Positions 24,664 through 37,853 of a stretch of DNA of 63,919 bases are shown here, one piece after another. Position numbers and translations under genes: made by a program. Origin of the DNA: Chara braunii (taxonomy: Eukaryota; Plantae; Charophyceae). Within the stretch, counting starts at the first letter, position 1. Every line of letters begins with the position of its first letter. Location: NCBI GenBank assembly GCA_003427395.1, contig BFEA01000045.1, positions 1,617,264 to 1,681,182 on the forward strand. The letters run 5' to 3'. A model generated the notes under the pieces. It had not been told where the DNA came from. It was given only the letters and a program-made list of their open reading frames with translations, and did not search any database.

Positions 24664-26340
24664 GTTTTCCCAGACCCCATTAAGCGACGTCCCCGTCGCT
24701 GGGGAAACTAAATGCAAACAAAGGCCTTCTGACGCAACAAGTTGTCAAAATCCGATTCCCTGGATGAAGTTGCGGTTTGAAGACCCTCACCGTCCCCCTT
24801 GGTACGTCCATACTGCCAGGATTTTAACCTGGGTCTCCCACATATCCAAAATGATAATGCCTAAGAAAGATTATTCCACATAAACCCAAGTGGGCATACT
24901 GGATCTGTACTACAGTTGGGGAGGCCACCAAGGACGACAATGATAGCTCCTCCCCCCAACTTTAGACTTTATTTTGCCAGGATCTCGTTGGATATCCGAG
25001 AAGTTAGGAACCAAAATCGAATCCCACTCTTCGGACGTGGGTCTTGACCTAAGTCAGATTTTACCATCCCACCCGAAGTCTAATGCGAGGGGATTGGCGA
25101 CCTTGGCCTCAACCCACCACAGCCGGTTGATCAGGCCGAAACTGCGGCCCACCGCATTATTACTTTAGCGATGGTTCCCGTATTGGTTACGCAATATCGC
25201 GTAAAATCCTCCTATCATACTAGACCTGACTCTTGATCCCTCCGATATCTACCTGAACCAGTTTCATCATTAAGAAACCCCCCCCTCAAGTTTCAGTTTT
25301 AGGCCGTAATCGGAAGGCCCGCTGCCTGGTTATACTTGGCCAGCAACCCACGCTGGGAGTTACGTCCCAACGATTTCCACCATAGGCTTGGTAATTTTAA
25401 GTCCCTCAGACTGACTGCCTAACATGGATGAACGATGATCATTTCGAACATATATAAAAACAATTGGACTAAAGAATTTCATCCCCTCGTCAATTTGAAT
25501 GAATGAACCTCTGTGAAAGTATATATGGAAAATTTAATATATCATGATTGACACATTGTCACTGAACAAGGGGCATCGTCAGAGCCACTTAGGGGTCGTG
25601 TCGCCCAGACCTCGATCACAGGCTGGACAGACACACGTCTTGGGGATCTTTAACCAACAGAAAAAACCAACCAAAATATCCATAAAGAAAAGTATAAAAA
25701 ATATTGTTTGATTCTTTGCCTTGTCAGAAGGCAGAAAAAAAAACAACCATTCCATTCATAACGTACACTTCCCTCACTTGCAGGGTTCCTCAAATGCATC
25801 AAAGCTTTTAACTTTTTCACACCTCCTTTTTAGGGTCATTCTCAACAATAACAATATAAGACAAAGCATGAAAGAATAATGATCAACAATGGCAAAGAAC
25901 ATTCAGACCGTATATGTCACATGTCACCCTATCTTTCTTGAACACTTAGGCGCTTTTATGAGCATCCTAGTTCAAGACTTGATTGCTCTGTTTGTACACA
26001 AATCCAAGATACTCATTTCACCAAACAAGACCAGACACTGAACCAACTCAATTGTGAAAGTGAAAGTGTTCCTCGTCGACATATCCCATAAAAATTCATA
26101 ATATATGACTCAAGAGAAGGAAGACAAAGTAAAGAAACGGTCTTACTCCCAAAAGAGGAAAAAAAAAACGATAGATGAAGTACGAGTTACATGTCTCTCT
26201 GTCCCTACTCACTAAAGCACATATGCCGAGCTAATCCTATATCAAGACAAAGGTTTCAAATTTGTTGACTCTCTTCAGCTGCTAATGTACATTATTGTGT
26301 CCCAAGAAAAGAGACCCTACCTACTTTACATTTCCTACTC
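24664..26340 (-). mobile_element. Element B internal 3' region remnant, with hairpin + PPT next to the LTR
   Basis: Minus strand AGCGACG-GGGA-CGTCGCT-TAATGGGGTCTGGGAAAAC directly precedes the LTR TG. 24790-25400 aligns to 51400-52040 of element A. The distal boundary is approximate. Confidence 0.75.
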
Positions 26341-26399
26341 ATAGTGTACAAAGTCTTGCTAAGAAAAGAAAGCGTGAATGGTTATAGAGAACATAGAAG

Positions 26400-29300
26400 G
26401 TCAAGGCACATACGCGCACGAAACAGCTCCACCGTCGTGTTTCCCGCTGACCAGCCCGTCCAATATGCGAGTTGCCACGCAGAAACCGGTTCCTCTCGAC
26501 TCTGGCGACCGCCAAGTTCGGATCCCGGCGGAATTTGAGGTTCGACTTGAATCTAACCGCCCTTTCCAACGGCCTCGACTTTCGCATATGTTTGGGTCGC
26601 TAGAGACCTTTGGGTGCGCAAAAGTGTCAGCCTTGAAAATTGCCTTGTAGGGGTTTAAGGGGGTTGTCGATGGTGGTGTCGTCATCGACATGCGTGCAAT
26701 CTCGTCGCTGACATTTCGACTGGATGAATCATGGTTAGATGGGGTTGAAGGGGGGTCCACCAGCCATGGTCATATTTTTCTGCTGATAAAAGTCAATATC
26801 ATTATGGATCACAACATTTGTGACTGAATCACCGCACGAGCTCGCTTTGTCGATCGGGAGAATCGGTGCCTATAGGGGTCTATTAGGGGCCGTGATGCGC
26901 CGATTTCTAACGTGGTGCACCTAGTACTAGCCTTTCTTCTGTGCGTGCTCTCGTCCAACAGACATTTGTAAGCAGCAGCAGGGCCTCCCTGGCCGTGCAG
27001 CCACGCATAGCGTTCCTTCTGTGCACTTCCCGACCCACCCTCCCAATATCCGACATGCCACGCACAAACCGGTTCCTCGCCACTTCAGCAACCGCCAAGT
27101 TCGGATCCCGACAGACTTTGAGGTTCCACGTAAATTTAACTGCCCTTTTCGACGGCCTCGACTGTCGCATATGTTCTGATTATAAGAGGCCTTTGGGTGC
27201 GCAAAAGTGCTCGCTTTTGTAATTGCCTTATGGGGGTTTGTGGAGGTTGCTGGCAGTGTGAGTGGTCGCAGGACTGTGGCCACTTGCAGTTTGGTTCCAT
27301 TGCCAGCTTTAGCAGGCACTACGAGGAACGTGTTCGTGCGATCGTTGGAACCCCCGATGTGGCGAACATGACGCAGACCTCGAAGTTCGTCTCGATCCGG
27401 ACTTGCAAGCGGCCGGATTCCCACGCTTGTTCAAACAAATTTCACGCCACAGAAATCCGCAGTGAGGGCACAGGTAATCGGGGTTTGTGGGGGTCGGTTT
27501 TGGGCGGCGATGAGCCGTTCCGAAATGCGGTGCGCCCACGCATCGCCTGCTTCTGTGCAAACGCCAACCACCCATTCCAATAGCTACAACCGCTCGAAAA
27601 CCTGTTACTCGCTGCACTCGCATCCGCCAAGTTCGGATCCGGGCGGACTTTGAGGATCTGCGCAAATCTAACCGTCCTTTGCGAGAGGACTATGGGTGCG
27701 CAAAATTGCTCGCCTTCTGAAATGCCCTTGTAGGGGTTTATGGGGGTTGCCGTCGCTGACAGCAGTCGTGTCCGTTATCGGTCTGCCGTCGATCTTTGTT
27801 GCCCTCCAAGGGTTTTGACCGTCGGGGTGCGTGGAGTCTTGTCGCAGACATGCTCGTGTTTCGGTGTGCTTTCCGGTTCGCGCTGTCACACGTCGACGTT
27901 CCCCACACGCGAATCGGGGGTCGCCTGGTCGACTGGACGAATCGGGGTTTGTGGGGGTTGTAGGGGGGGTCTTTCATCAATTTCTACATTTTTCTTGTCT
28001 GCGCAATGAGATGTACGAGTTCCACGAGCTCTTCTACTAGTACCCCTGAATGGAACACCGCACGGGCTCGCTTTGACGATGGTGAGAATCAGTGTTTATA
28101 GGGGTCTATTTGTGGTCGCGCTGCGCCGATTTGTGAGGTGGTGCATCCACCACTACCCTTTGTTCTGTGCGTGCTATCGTCCAACGAACACTTGAGAGCG
28201 GCAGAGCCTTCCTTCTGTGCGCCCAAACATAGCGTTCCTTGTGTGCACCCGCTGACATTCCCTTCTAATGGCACCAGCCGTGCAAAAACCGGTTTCGTGC
28301 TACTCCAGCACCCGCCAAGTTCGGATCCCGGCGAACTTTGAGGCTCCGCGTAAATCTGACCATCATTTTCAAAGGCTTGGACTTCCTCGTGCGTTTTCTT
28401 TAGCGGAGGCCTGGTGGTGCACAAAAGTGATCGCCTTGTGGTTTGCCCTTAAAGGGGTTTATTGGGGTTGACGACGGTGTCAGTGGCCGGGTCCATTTCC
28501 GGTCTGCCGTCGATCTTCGTTGCCCTCTAATACAAGCAATCATCGCGATACGTGTGCTTTAGTCACTGACATGCTTTTGCCTCGGCGTGCTTTGCGGTTC
28601 GCGCGGTCAGGAGATCGCCTTGTCGATTTCACGGATCGGGATTTGTTGGGGTTCCAGGGGGGTCTTTCAGCCATGGTTATATTTTTCTTCTCCACGCCGC
28701 GTGGATCTTGGAGTTGCGCGTTGTTCTACCGATACCTGTCAAAATCAGCACGGAATGTGACACTTGTGACTCGGACACGATCAAATTCTGCCTGTCAAGG
28801 CTCAACGCGTATGATGATAGTTCTGACTCGGACACCGCACGGGCTTGTTTAGTCGATAGGGATAATCGATGTTTATAGGGGTCTCTTGGGGGCCGCGCTG
28901 CGATGGTTTGTGAGGTACTGCACCCACGACTAGCCTTCCTTCTGACAGCGGCAGAGCGTGAACACGTTCATACCGCTATCAACACCCACCAAGTTCGGAT
29001 CACGACGAACTTTCGAGTTCCGGGTGATGCTAACCGTCCTTTTCCGCGGCCTGGTCCATCGCGTGTGTTTTCATTGTCGGGGAGCTATGGGTGCACAATC
29101 AAGCTCGCCGTGTGTATTGCCGTAATTGGGGTGTATAGGGGTTGTTGACGGTGGCAGTCATTATCGTAGTTCGCGTGCGAAGGCGGTTCGGTGTCGAAGC
29201 CGCGCGGGCTACAAAGGCTTTGAGTCCCAGCACACAGCCTCCGAATCGATGTGCAGTTACTCGGGGTTTGTGGGGGTCGACTGAGGTTCATTAAGCCATG

Positions 29301-29480
29301 TTTTCTTTTGTCTCCAACCTCTCATAGCCTTGCACTCGTTATGACGATTGGCCGACAGTCAGTTCACGGCGACCCATTGATAACCGGTTCGCCGTCGATT
29401 CAATTTCTGCCAAGTTCGGATCCCGGCGGACTTCTGTGATCTGCGACAGTTGGACCGTTCCTTGTGCACGTCTAACTCCT
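26400..29480. repeat. Diverged long internal repeats (~500-700 bp period) upstream of the transposase
   Basis: CCGCCAAGTTCGGATCCCG recurs near 26509, 27093, 27624, 28312, 28987 and 29410. CACCGCACG(A/G)GCT...TATAGGGGTCT recurs near 26830, 28057 and 28833. Confidence 0.85.
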
Positions 29481-30593
29481 AATAGGACACGTCCTCCTGG
29501 GCGCAACACACAAACAAAAATGTATCGACAAATTAACAACAAAGATTCACGCCTGGTCCGTGGAGTATCTGACCCATAACCAAATATCACTAACCACTTA
29601 CAAGCAGCTCGAGGTAGACATCTATTAATGTGGGCCGCACATAGGCTTCCTCATAACGACTAGCCATGCATGAGTTCGCAAGCTATCAAAGCGATGACAT
29701 GTTATATGTTGTTCATACTCGCGTGGCCCTCGGCGTTGTCGAGGGTCTCATTCGACAGTCAAGTGTCGACTGACACGCGCCTTGAGGGACTTGCCTCTCG
29801 ACGCTAAACAACCGCCAAGACGGTTGTGGTACCTACCCTCTTCAGCTACCTGCGGGAGTGACGGGTGGGCGGGCCAAGGCCCTTTTTAGCAGCTGAGTTC
29901 CATCTACGGAGGTCCTTAAAAAGGTCAAGGGGTTTGACTTTGATAGCTGATACGGACTTCAACGTCCAACTACAAAAGTATAAAAAGCAAAAGGGGGAAG
30001 GGTGTCTCCGTTTTCTATCGGCGCAATTCTTAACGCCAGAGTCGATGCAAGAAAAATTCGGCTGCCCTTCGGCACATGCATTTGATGCATTCAAAGGACT
30101 TCGATCTCTGCCAAGTTCGGATGTCGGCGCACATCGTATTTCGTGGTTTGTCAAATCGTCTGTGCCACCCATCTGCCAGACCACGCCTTCCATGTGCGGC
30201 AATTTGGCTGCAGTGGTTGTGATCGCCTACAGACGAGCTCGCCCTGTTCGGCTGCTGCGCCGGGAATCGGCTCTGGGGAGGGGGTGGGGGAGTGGGTGGG
30301 GGGTGTGTGTGGGGGGGGTAACCCTTAACTCTTTAGTAATCGTGCTTACAGTTTGCTCCGTTGTTTTGCAGGGTGTGGGGACGAATTCGAATGACCCGTT
30401 CAATCCGCACTGGAGAGTTTAATTGATTTCGCTGACGGTAATCGCATCCACTGCACCGACGGTTACATGACGGTGCCAAAGACGGCTCGGCGAATGGCTG
30501 CATGCGTTCCAACAATCCACTGCAGCTTTCCCCAGAAAACGAAGTCTCGCTTTTCCTGAGAGCTTTGGAGGTTGCATCCAACTAACTACGGAT

Positions 30594-32777
30594 TTGGCGA
30601 CAACGTCCGCGAGCAAAGAACCGTCTGCCTCCCGGATCGAGTTCCACATTCCTGACGAGGTGCACCCCACAACTTCGGCGCACAGAAGTTGCGTGCCAAT
30701 GGGTGCTTCTTTCGCAACATTTGATGACGAGAGTGAGAAGTTGGTGGCCACATTTTATAGCTACAAAAAGCGATTCGACAATGGCTATGTGCGTTCCGAG
30801 CATGGCCTGACGGGAAGATATCGGCCAACCAATAAAACGGTCGCCATGCTTGCCAGCATGAGAACGTTCATCGAGTGTCATGCGGATAGTATGCCGAATG
30901 AGGTGGCTAACGAAGGTGGGGTTTCCAGACCGAAGCTTAGACTCCCGACTGCTTTTACGAAGAGATCAATTTATGAGTCCATCAAATCAGACTTTCTGGC
31001 CGCTGGCCTCGCTGTCGTGTCTGAGTCCAACTTTTATAAATTGTGGCGGAAACACTTTTTCCACGTTTCCCTCGTGCACTCTAACACGTTCACGAAGTGC
31101 GCCGTCTGTCATGAACTGAAGGAACGTATACAATATGCTGCTCTTCCTCGAGATCGAGAACAAGCTCGAGAGGATATGAAAGCTCGGCAAAGGAGGCAAG
31201 TTGAACACAGATTGGACTATAATCGAGCGAAAACTGATTCGATGGTCCGTCCGAACGAGCGTTTGTGTCTCATCATTGACGGCATGCATCAGATGAAAAC
31301 AACTATCCCCCATATTGGTCAGGCAAACTACTCGAAAGCACTTAGTCACGAGATGATGATGAAGACGAATCTGACAGGCGTCATTGCACACGGTAGAGAC
31401 CCTAGTATATATGTATACACGTGGTTTCCGCATTTCAAACACGATTCGAATACGGTCGCTACTTGTGTTATGAGAACCGTTGTCGAAATTCAAGGGAGCG
31501 GGACGCCACTGCCACGGTTTTTGCGCATTTAAGCAGATAATTGTTGGCGAGAAAACAAGAACAAGTACATATGTGCGCTGGCTGCACTATTGGTTAAGTT
31601 CAAAGTTTTCGAAGAGGTAGAAATAGGTTTCATGCTGGTGGGACAGACCCATACAAACGTTAACGCTACTTTCAACATTTTTTCGAAGAAATTGAAAGAC
31701 ATAGACACTTATACTATGGACGAGTTCTTCGAGCTCATAGAGCAATCCCACAAAAAACCTCCCAAATGTATTTTCCTTGATACGATGGAAGATTGGATTA
31801 GTATAGTAGACCCGTGCGTTACGTCAAACATTACTGGTATTTCGAAACCGCACTTGCTTAAAATTTTAATGGTTGTAGATAATTCGGGCATGTTGTACAA
31901 GGAGTTTTGCGATGACGACAACTGGTTACCCGAGGAAGGTCCGATTTATTGGTTCAATCAAAACCCCGATGAAAGCTATGCATGTCCTTCGTGGCCATTT
32001 GACCCGCCTCATGTGCAACCCCTTCCTCGAAATGACTATTTGAATGGAAAAAATGGTGTTGTTCGATTCCGCGAGTTGCTTGAGAGTAGGAGGTCGACGT
32101 GGTGCACTTACAATGACCATGAGGTGAGGAGGAGAGAAAGAGCTTTGTGCTACTGGGAGGAGGTTATCAAACATGGCGATGAGATCATCACCAACGGGTT
32201 GTCCTCACAACCTTAGGAAAGTTTTTGGCCAAGACCACGACTGCCCGAAAGTGATCAACAACCTTCTCTTCGCAGTGTCAACATCGATGACAGGGAAACC
32301 CTGTTTGTTGGACGAAGAAAAGATCGCCCGAAGGCTAGTTTCGACCCCCTCGCGCATGTTGACGTGGACACTTTTCTTATCCTTCGCCCCTCCGACGATG
32401 ATCTGTCCAGCGGTGTGCCAATCTGGGTGGGCAAAGCTCTTTCTCGGGTGGTTGTTGAAAAAGATTCGCAGAATTATAATCAAGTGTTAGTGGAATATTG
32501 GGTGCCGACTGGGAGAGCAAAGTCGCTCGAACAACTGTATGAGAACGCATGAGAAAAACGATGGAAAATAACTGAGCAGACACAATGGTAGGATGCTGAC
32601 TCGATCGCTTTTGGTTGGGAGAAACCGGTCCGAGGTACAAGACCATTCACGACTGGACTTGTCATTCCTTCTAGTGTTCGACTGAATGCTGAAGCTGCAC
32701 TTCTGGATCTGAGTCCATCTGGTGAAGGGAGTGTAGATGGAGGGGACAAGAGCGATGAGTGCACGTCCGCCCAATAG
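30594..32777 (+). pseudogene. DDE transposase-like gene (Sola-like / DUF7869-type) disrupted by in-frame stops
   Basis: A single frame joins ORFs 30594-31532, 31590-32216 and 32364-32552 and runs to the TAG at 32777. Motifs: FYKLWRKHF, FTKCAVC, LIIDGMHQ, LRI*ADNCWRENKNKY, FMLVGQTH. Internal stops at 31530, 32214, 32550 and ~32590. A possible acceptor TTTTGCAG at ~30371 suggests upstream exons. Confidence 0.85.
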
Positions 32778-33010
32778 AGTGAGGGAGTGAGATTTTTTAA
32801 ACTGTTTGGACGGACGGGAATTCATTAGGGAGCATATTATTTTTGCGCTGATTTTGCGTTGCGAATTTTGTCCACGGTGTACGGTTGAATTTTTTAAGAT
32901 GGTTGGTGATGGTTCAGCAATTTCCGAAGTTAAGTTCATCATGAAGGCGATTTTTCTACTATTTCGACATTTCATTTTCATTTGTGTTTGCATTTCATGT
33001 CTTGTATAGG

Positions 33011-33850
33011 GAGTGCGACAGGAGTCATGGACCATCGGCATGATTATGCATGTCCCATTCACCCTTGTGCATATGGATTCCGTGGTTCGGGAGGCGATAC
33101 CGAAATTGTCGAGTCGATGACAACAGACTTCGAAAACGACCCGTGGATGAGTGTCGTCCCCTTCTTGGACAAACCTCTCGATGCGTGGTCCGAGGCAGAA
33201 TGGGATAGAACCATCTTGGCAAGGAAATGTCCATGGCATAAGGAGTACAAGTTTGCTTCCGCGATGGAGTGGGGAAGCCTGATTAAAGTACCCATTATGT
33301 CATTGGTGTCAGACAACTTCCGTCCCTTCGCGCCCCGCTCAGGCAGGAAGAGAATAACCGGTTTTACCTTCGCCTCGACAACGTCACGAGGTCACCTCGG
33401 GTGTGGTCTGCAGACTTGAAACGAGAGTTGTTGGACTGTGCATCCTACAATCCGTTTTTGGAAGTATATCCGCTGCGCGGTGTCGGAATACGGCCAAAAG
33501 ATGTGTCGTATTGTTGCGTACGTTTGTCTGTGGCCGGTTCCGACTTCTGCAGAGTGTTGTGTGTGGCATGTTCAAACCGAAAGCGGACTTTGGTAGACGC
33601 TGTAGTGCTAGTTTCTTGCAACCAGCTTAGAATCTATGGTCGCAACATGGGAAATTTGCGCCTTCTGTACGAGAACGGACAATCCGATTTGGAGATTACC
33701 GGTCAAATTGATGAGGTTCATAAGTGGCATGAGGTAGAGCAAGTAGCATGTTGTGTGTGTGACGCCATCAGTAAGTCCTTGGCAAGTGCCTGTAGGTTTG
33801 TAAGGATGAAGTACATTTCGGTGTTCTCAAGGGTGGCGACGAAGGGATAG
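33011..33850 (+). pseudogene. Cys-rich hypothetical accessory gene with an apparent frameshift near 33380-33420
   Basis: Two overlapping protein-like ORFs (32982-33419, 33401-33850) follow an acceptor-like TCTTGTATAG; CxxC pairs are present. No family recognised. Confidence 0.4.
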
Positions 33851-34233
33851 CCACAAACCCTTGCTTTCGGGTCGTCAATTAATGCTTTATACGGGTTTGG
33901 TTCTCATAGGACGTGGGGACATCGATACGAACTGTAAATTTTGTAAATGATAGTGTTTTAGAAAGTTTAGATTATTGTGGCTCGTAGCGTTTAATTTATA
34001 CACAAATCAATGTACAGTTGGCTTGTAGCGTTTAATTTCGACGTGCTTCAATGTACAATTTAATTTATACACAGTTCAATGTACAGTTGGCTTGTAAGTG
34101 ATCGCCTTGAATCTCCAGTTTAGATTCAATTTATGGCCTGTCAATTGCATTCTTTGGGTTCCTAAGTTTTATTCAGGTCCAAAATATAGCGATTTGAACA
34201 TGAAATTAATAGCTTGCGAGTACCAATTTAAAA

Positions 34234-34264
34234 TATAATGTCTTATTTTAACGAATAACATGTT
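34234..34264 (-). repeat. Right terminal inverted repeat
   Basis: TATAATGTCTTATTTTAACGAATAACATGTT; inverse of 3312-3342. Confidence 0.8.
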
Positions 34265-34768
34265 CTTCTTTTCATTGTACACTTCACTCTTGGTGCTGAC
34301 CCTCCCCCATACATACCTTGATCCTTTCCTTATTTTCCCCCCATTGGCGGCCCTTTTGTCTAAGTGTCGACCTCCGGGTTAAAACCACAAGACTTCGAAC
34401 AGTACATACGAGGGGGTCGTCACCACCTCGCGGCGAAGTATTGCGTCCTCGGTCCTGTCATCCACCTCGATTCGGTTGTCCTTAATAACTCTCAGAATGC
34501 TGACGACCTCTTTTGCTCTATCCCCATGGAAGGGTCCTTCTTCCAACGAGATCTTATAGTACGCGTCGGCCAGCCCCCAAAAGCCCAATTCTACTTTGTC
34601 CAAAGCTTCCGTTGTCGAGCGCATTGACTCCCGTCTTTTGCAAAGTGCGGGAGCCCTCCCGGCTATGTCACGCAGGAGCTAAAATAAAACAAAACAAATA
34701 TAATTATATATATAAATATATATACAAATATATATATAAATATATATATATTTATATATGTATATATA

Positions 34769-35365
34769 CAGGGTCACCAGCCCGTACGTTCGGAGGTCCC
34801 CGGGCAGACCTCCGTACGTACGGGCGTTCGGGGTCCCGTACGGGGTCTGAACCCGACGGCATGCGGCCCCTGCCAAAAATTATTTCGGGGCCTAAAAATA
34901 ATTATTTTTTTCGGAATTTGTTATGTGAGTTCTCTATGACGTGAGGTACATGCCTGTAAATTTTCAAGTCACTTGGCTGAGCCAAATAAGAATTAAAAAT
35001 CACCAAAGATGCCGGTGTCAAAACGTGCTCGCCCATATATTTTTTCACTTTTTACTTTTTGTTTTCACTTCAGTTCGGGGTCTAAACAATTTTATTTTTT
35101 TTTGAAACTTTTTTAGTGGGTTTTGTATTATGTGAAGTACACATCTGTAAATTTTCAGGGCATTTAGCTATGCAAAAAAAAAAAAATGAAAAATCGCCAA
35201 AGATGGCGGTATCGAAAACATGCTCGCGCACTCACTAATTTTAATTCTCTTTTTATTTTTATTTATTTTTATTATTAGTATTTGGTTTTCGTATTTTATT
35301 TTTATTTCAAATTTTGTAAGGAATTCGGATGTAATTCTCAGGCAAAGCTTGTTTAATTTATGTTT
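34769..35365 (+). mobile_element. Possible left end of a DNA transposon/MITE inserted in a (TA)n tract, running into a gap
   Basis: Abrupt start CAGGGTCACCAG after (TA)n, repeated CCGTACG motifs, and duplicated AAATTTTCA and CAAAGATG.CGGT.TC.AAAC blocks. Confidence 0.35.
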
Positions 35366-36304
35366 NNNNNNNNNNNNNNNNNNNNNNNNNNNNNNNNNNN
35401 NNNNNNNNNNNNNNNNNNNNNNNNNNNNNNNNNNNNNNNNNNNNNNNNNNNNNNNNNNNNNNNNNNNNNNNNNNNNNNNNNNNNNNNNNNNNNNNNNNNN
35501 NNNNNNNNNNNNNNNNNNNNNNNNNNNNNNNNNNNNNNNNNNNNNNNNNNNNNNNNNNNNNNNNNNNNNNNNNNNNNNNNNNNNNNNNNNNNNNNNNNNN
35601 NNNNNNNNNNNNNNNNNNNNNNNNNNNNNNNNNNNNNNNNNNNNNNNNNNNNNNNNNNNNNNNNNNNNNNNNNNNNNNNNNNNNNNNNNNNNNNNNNNNN
35701 NNNNNNNNNNNNNNNNNNNNNNNNNNNNNNNNNNNNNNNNNNNNNNNNNNNNNNNNNNNNNNNNNNNNNNNNNNNNNNNNNNNNNNNNNNNNNNNNNNNN
35801 NNNNNNNNNNNNNNNNNNNNNNNNNNNNNNNNNNNNNNNNNNNNNNNNNNNNNNNNNNNNNNNNNNNNNNNNNNNNNNNNNNNNNNNNNNNNNNNNNNNN
35901 NNNNNNNNNNNNNNNNNNNNNNNNNNNNNNNNNNNNNNNNNNNNNNNNNNNNNNNNNNNNNNNNNNNNNNNNNNNNNNNNNNNNNNNNNNNNNNNNNNNN
36001 NNNNNNNNNNNNNNNNNNNNNNNNNNNNNNNNNNNNNNNNNNNNNNNNNNNNNNNNNNNNNNNNNNNNNNNNNNNNNNNNNNNNNNNNNNNNNNNNNNNN
36101 NNNNNNNNNNNNNNNNNNNNNNNNNNNNNNNNNNNNNNNNNNNNNNNNNNNNNNNNNNNNNNNNNNNNNNNNNNNNNNNNNNNNNNNNNNNNNNNNNNNN
36201 NNNNNNNNNNNNNNNNNNNNNNNNNNNNNNNNNNNNNNNNNNNNNNNNNNNNNNNNNNNNNNNNNNNNNNNNNNNNNNNNNNNNNNNNNNNNNNNNNNNN
36301 NNNN
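35366..36304. other. Assembly gap (other gaps: 22427-22596, 54472-55191, 59128-59482)
   Basis: N runs. Confidence 1.
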
Positions 36305-37149
36305 ATGACCGATTAGAAATGACAACCTAATCTTTAACTTATGATTGGGTATGTCGACACTTACTAATTCCTGTAAGAAATAACTTCTCCAAGTAAATTT
36401 CACTGCAACCATTCAGATCAACAAGTGATCTGGTTCCTGGCCGAGGTTTGAGCTCTTGGTTCGACCATACCCCCGCAATATACATAACTCAGCTAGATGC
36501 GCATAAATTTTGTTGGTCGCTTTGTCCTCCTACCCAATAATTATCATTTTCATATCTTGAAAGATGAAGTATCAACCTTCACCTTCAAGACGCAAAAACC
36601 CTTATTCGTGTGTCTTCCGAACGAAATATTTAACTTGAAAAAATTATCCCCTCACTTCAGCCAAGTTACACACAGCTTGCATTGCCATGCGTGTGATTAC
36701 CCCTCAATGCACAAGCATGATAGTTCAATCATTGGGGCAATCCAAATAGTATTCATCTGGTCGGTCCTATCTATATATATCTATATATATATATATTGAT
36801 TACCCTCGTAGAGTCATATAAACTTGACTCTATCATAAGGACTACTCAACTTGGAGCCTGGCTTATGAAGACGTGTCTAGCCATGATAGAGTTGTCGGCC
36901 CTCGCGGGCCTCTGCCTCTATCTAATCGAGTGGCGCGAGTTCCTCGTTGTCAAAAATTAAGGCGGTAGTGCGTCCACCCAGCTTGACCTGAACCATTCGC
37001 GTATCATAGAGGGAAGCTAGTCCTGAAGCTCCAAACTATGGCGCGAAATGGTTGTCGCATTCGAAAAATGTGCCTCGTCAAAGTGTCTCTAATCAGAATG
37101 ACGTCGTAACATTCTAAATGTAGCGTCCTCTGGACAGGGTAAGTGTAAC

Positions 37150-37853
37150 ACTCACAATAACCCGAGAAAGACATTGGAGCTTACTCGCGCGATGGAAATA
37201 CAAAGTATATCCATAAAAATCTTCCGGAAGTCAGGCCACGTTGGCACGAACATCTGCGCGGGAATTAGGAATCATTGCCCACTCCTGAGCAATCCAACAA
37301 AACCAACCCAACGAGTGCGTAATCCATCCTGCGCAAATAAAAGTCGTTCTGCACGTTGAATCAGATCTTCATGCACAGTGTCGCGTACCAGCAAATATCT
37401 AGCCTGAGTAAGATTCCGCCGTCCGCTAGCCATCTTCACACCCGAAAGAGTCGCCAATTAAAAGAGACGTTCCCAGATCTTATAAGCCGCATCATCGAAT
37501 GCGACGACGTCAAAACGTTCAGAGCGAAAGACATTAAATCTATTCGCTCGTACCCGTCTCACGTGATGAAGGAGACTGAAAGGTCCTTGCTGATCGTTCA
37601 ACCATAGTACAATATAAAGAAACATTCCTTTAATCTCAGGAATATCTTCTCTAACGGGATTTGCTTCGTGAATTACGACGAGATTCATGTCTCCGTAATC
37701 TCGGGATGGATTAGGAGACACAAATTCATACCGCACAATATGTTGTTCCTGCTCTATCAAGAAAATATAACTTCGCGGTGGGTTCCTCACACGTCTATCC
37801 CAAAACCACGGCTCATCTCGTTCCGAAAAAACTTCAAGCGGATTATAAACCAA
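37150..37853 (-). pseudogene. Possible decayed coding sequence of unknown family
   Basis: ORFs 37458-37853 and 37272-37457 are contiguous in one frame across a single stop and have globular-protein-like composition. Confidence 0.3.

Larger units (their letters stand above)
3312..34264. mobile_element. Probable large TIR DNA transposon (Sola-like/DUF7869-type transposase + Ulp1 peptidase), expanded by nested insertions
   Basis: 31-bp inverted repeats at both ends (30/31 identical). The subterminal motif GGGATCCG(T/A)ACTTG is on + in the left arm and on - in the right arm. Transposase and Ulp1 pseudogenes lie inside. Confidence 0.65.

Noticed and set aside
17-34790. Pairing CCCTG at 104 with CAGGGT at 34769 as one element
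   Set aside because: They face away from each other and differ after 6 bp.
35168-36412. Long ORFs spanning N runs (also 54340-55260, 59042-59582)
   Set aside because: Artefacts of assembly gaps.
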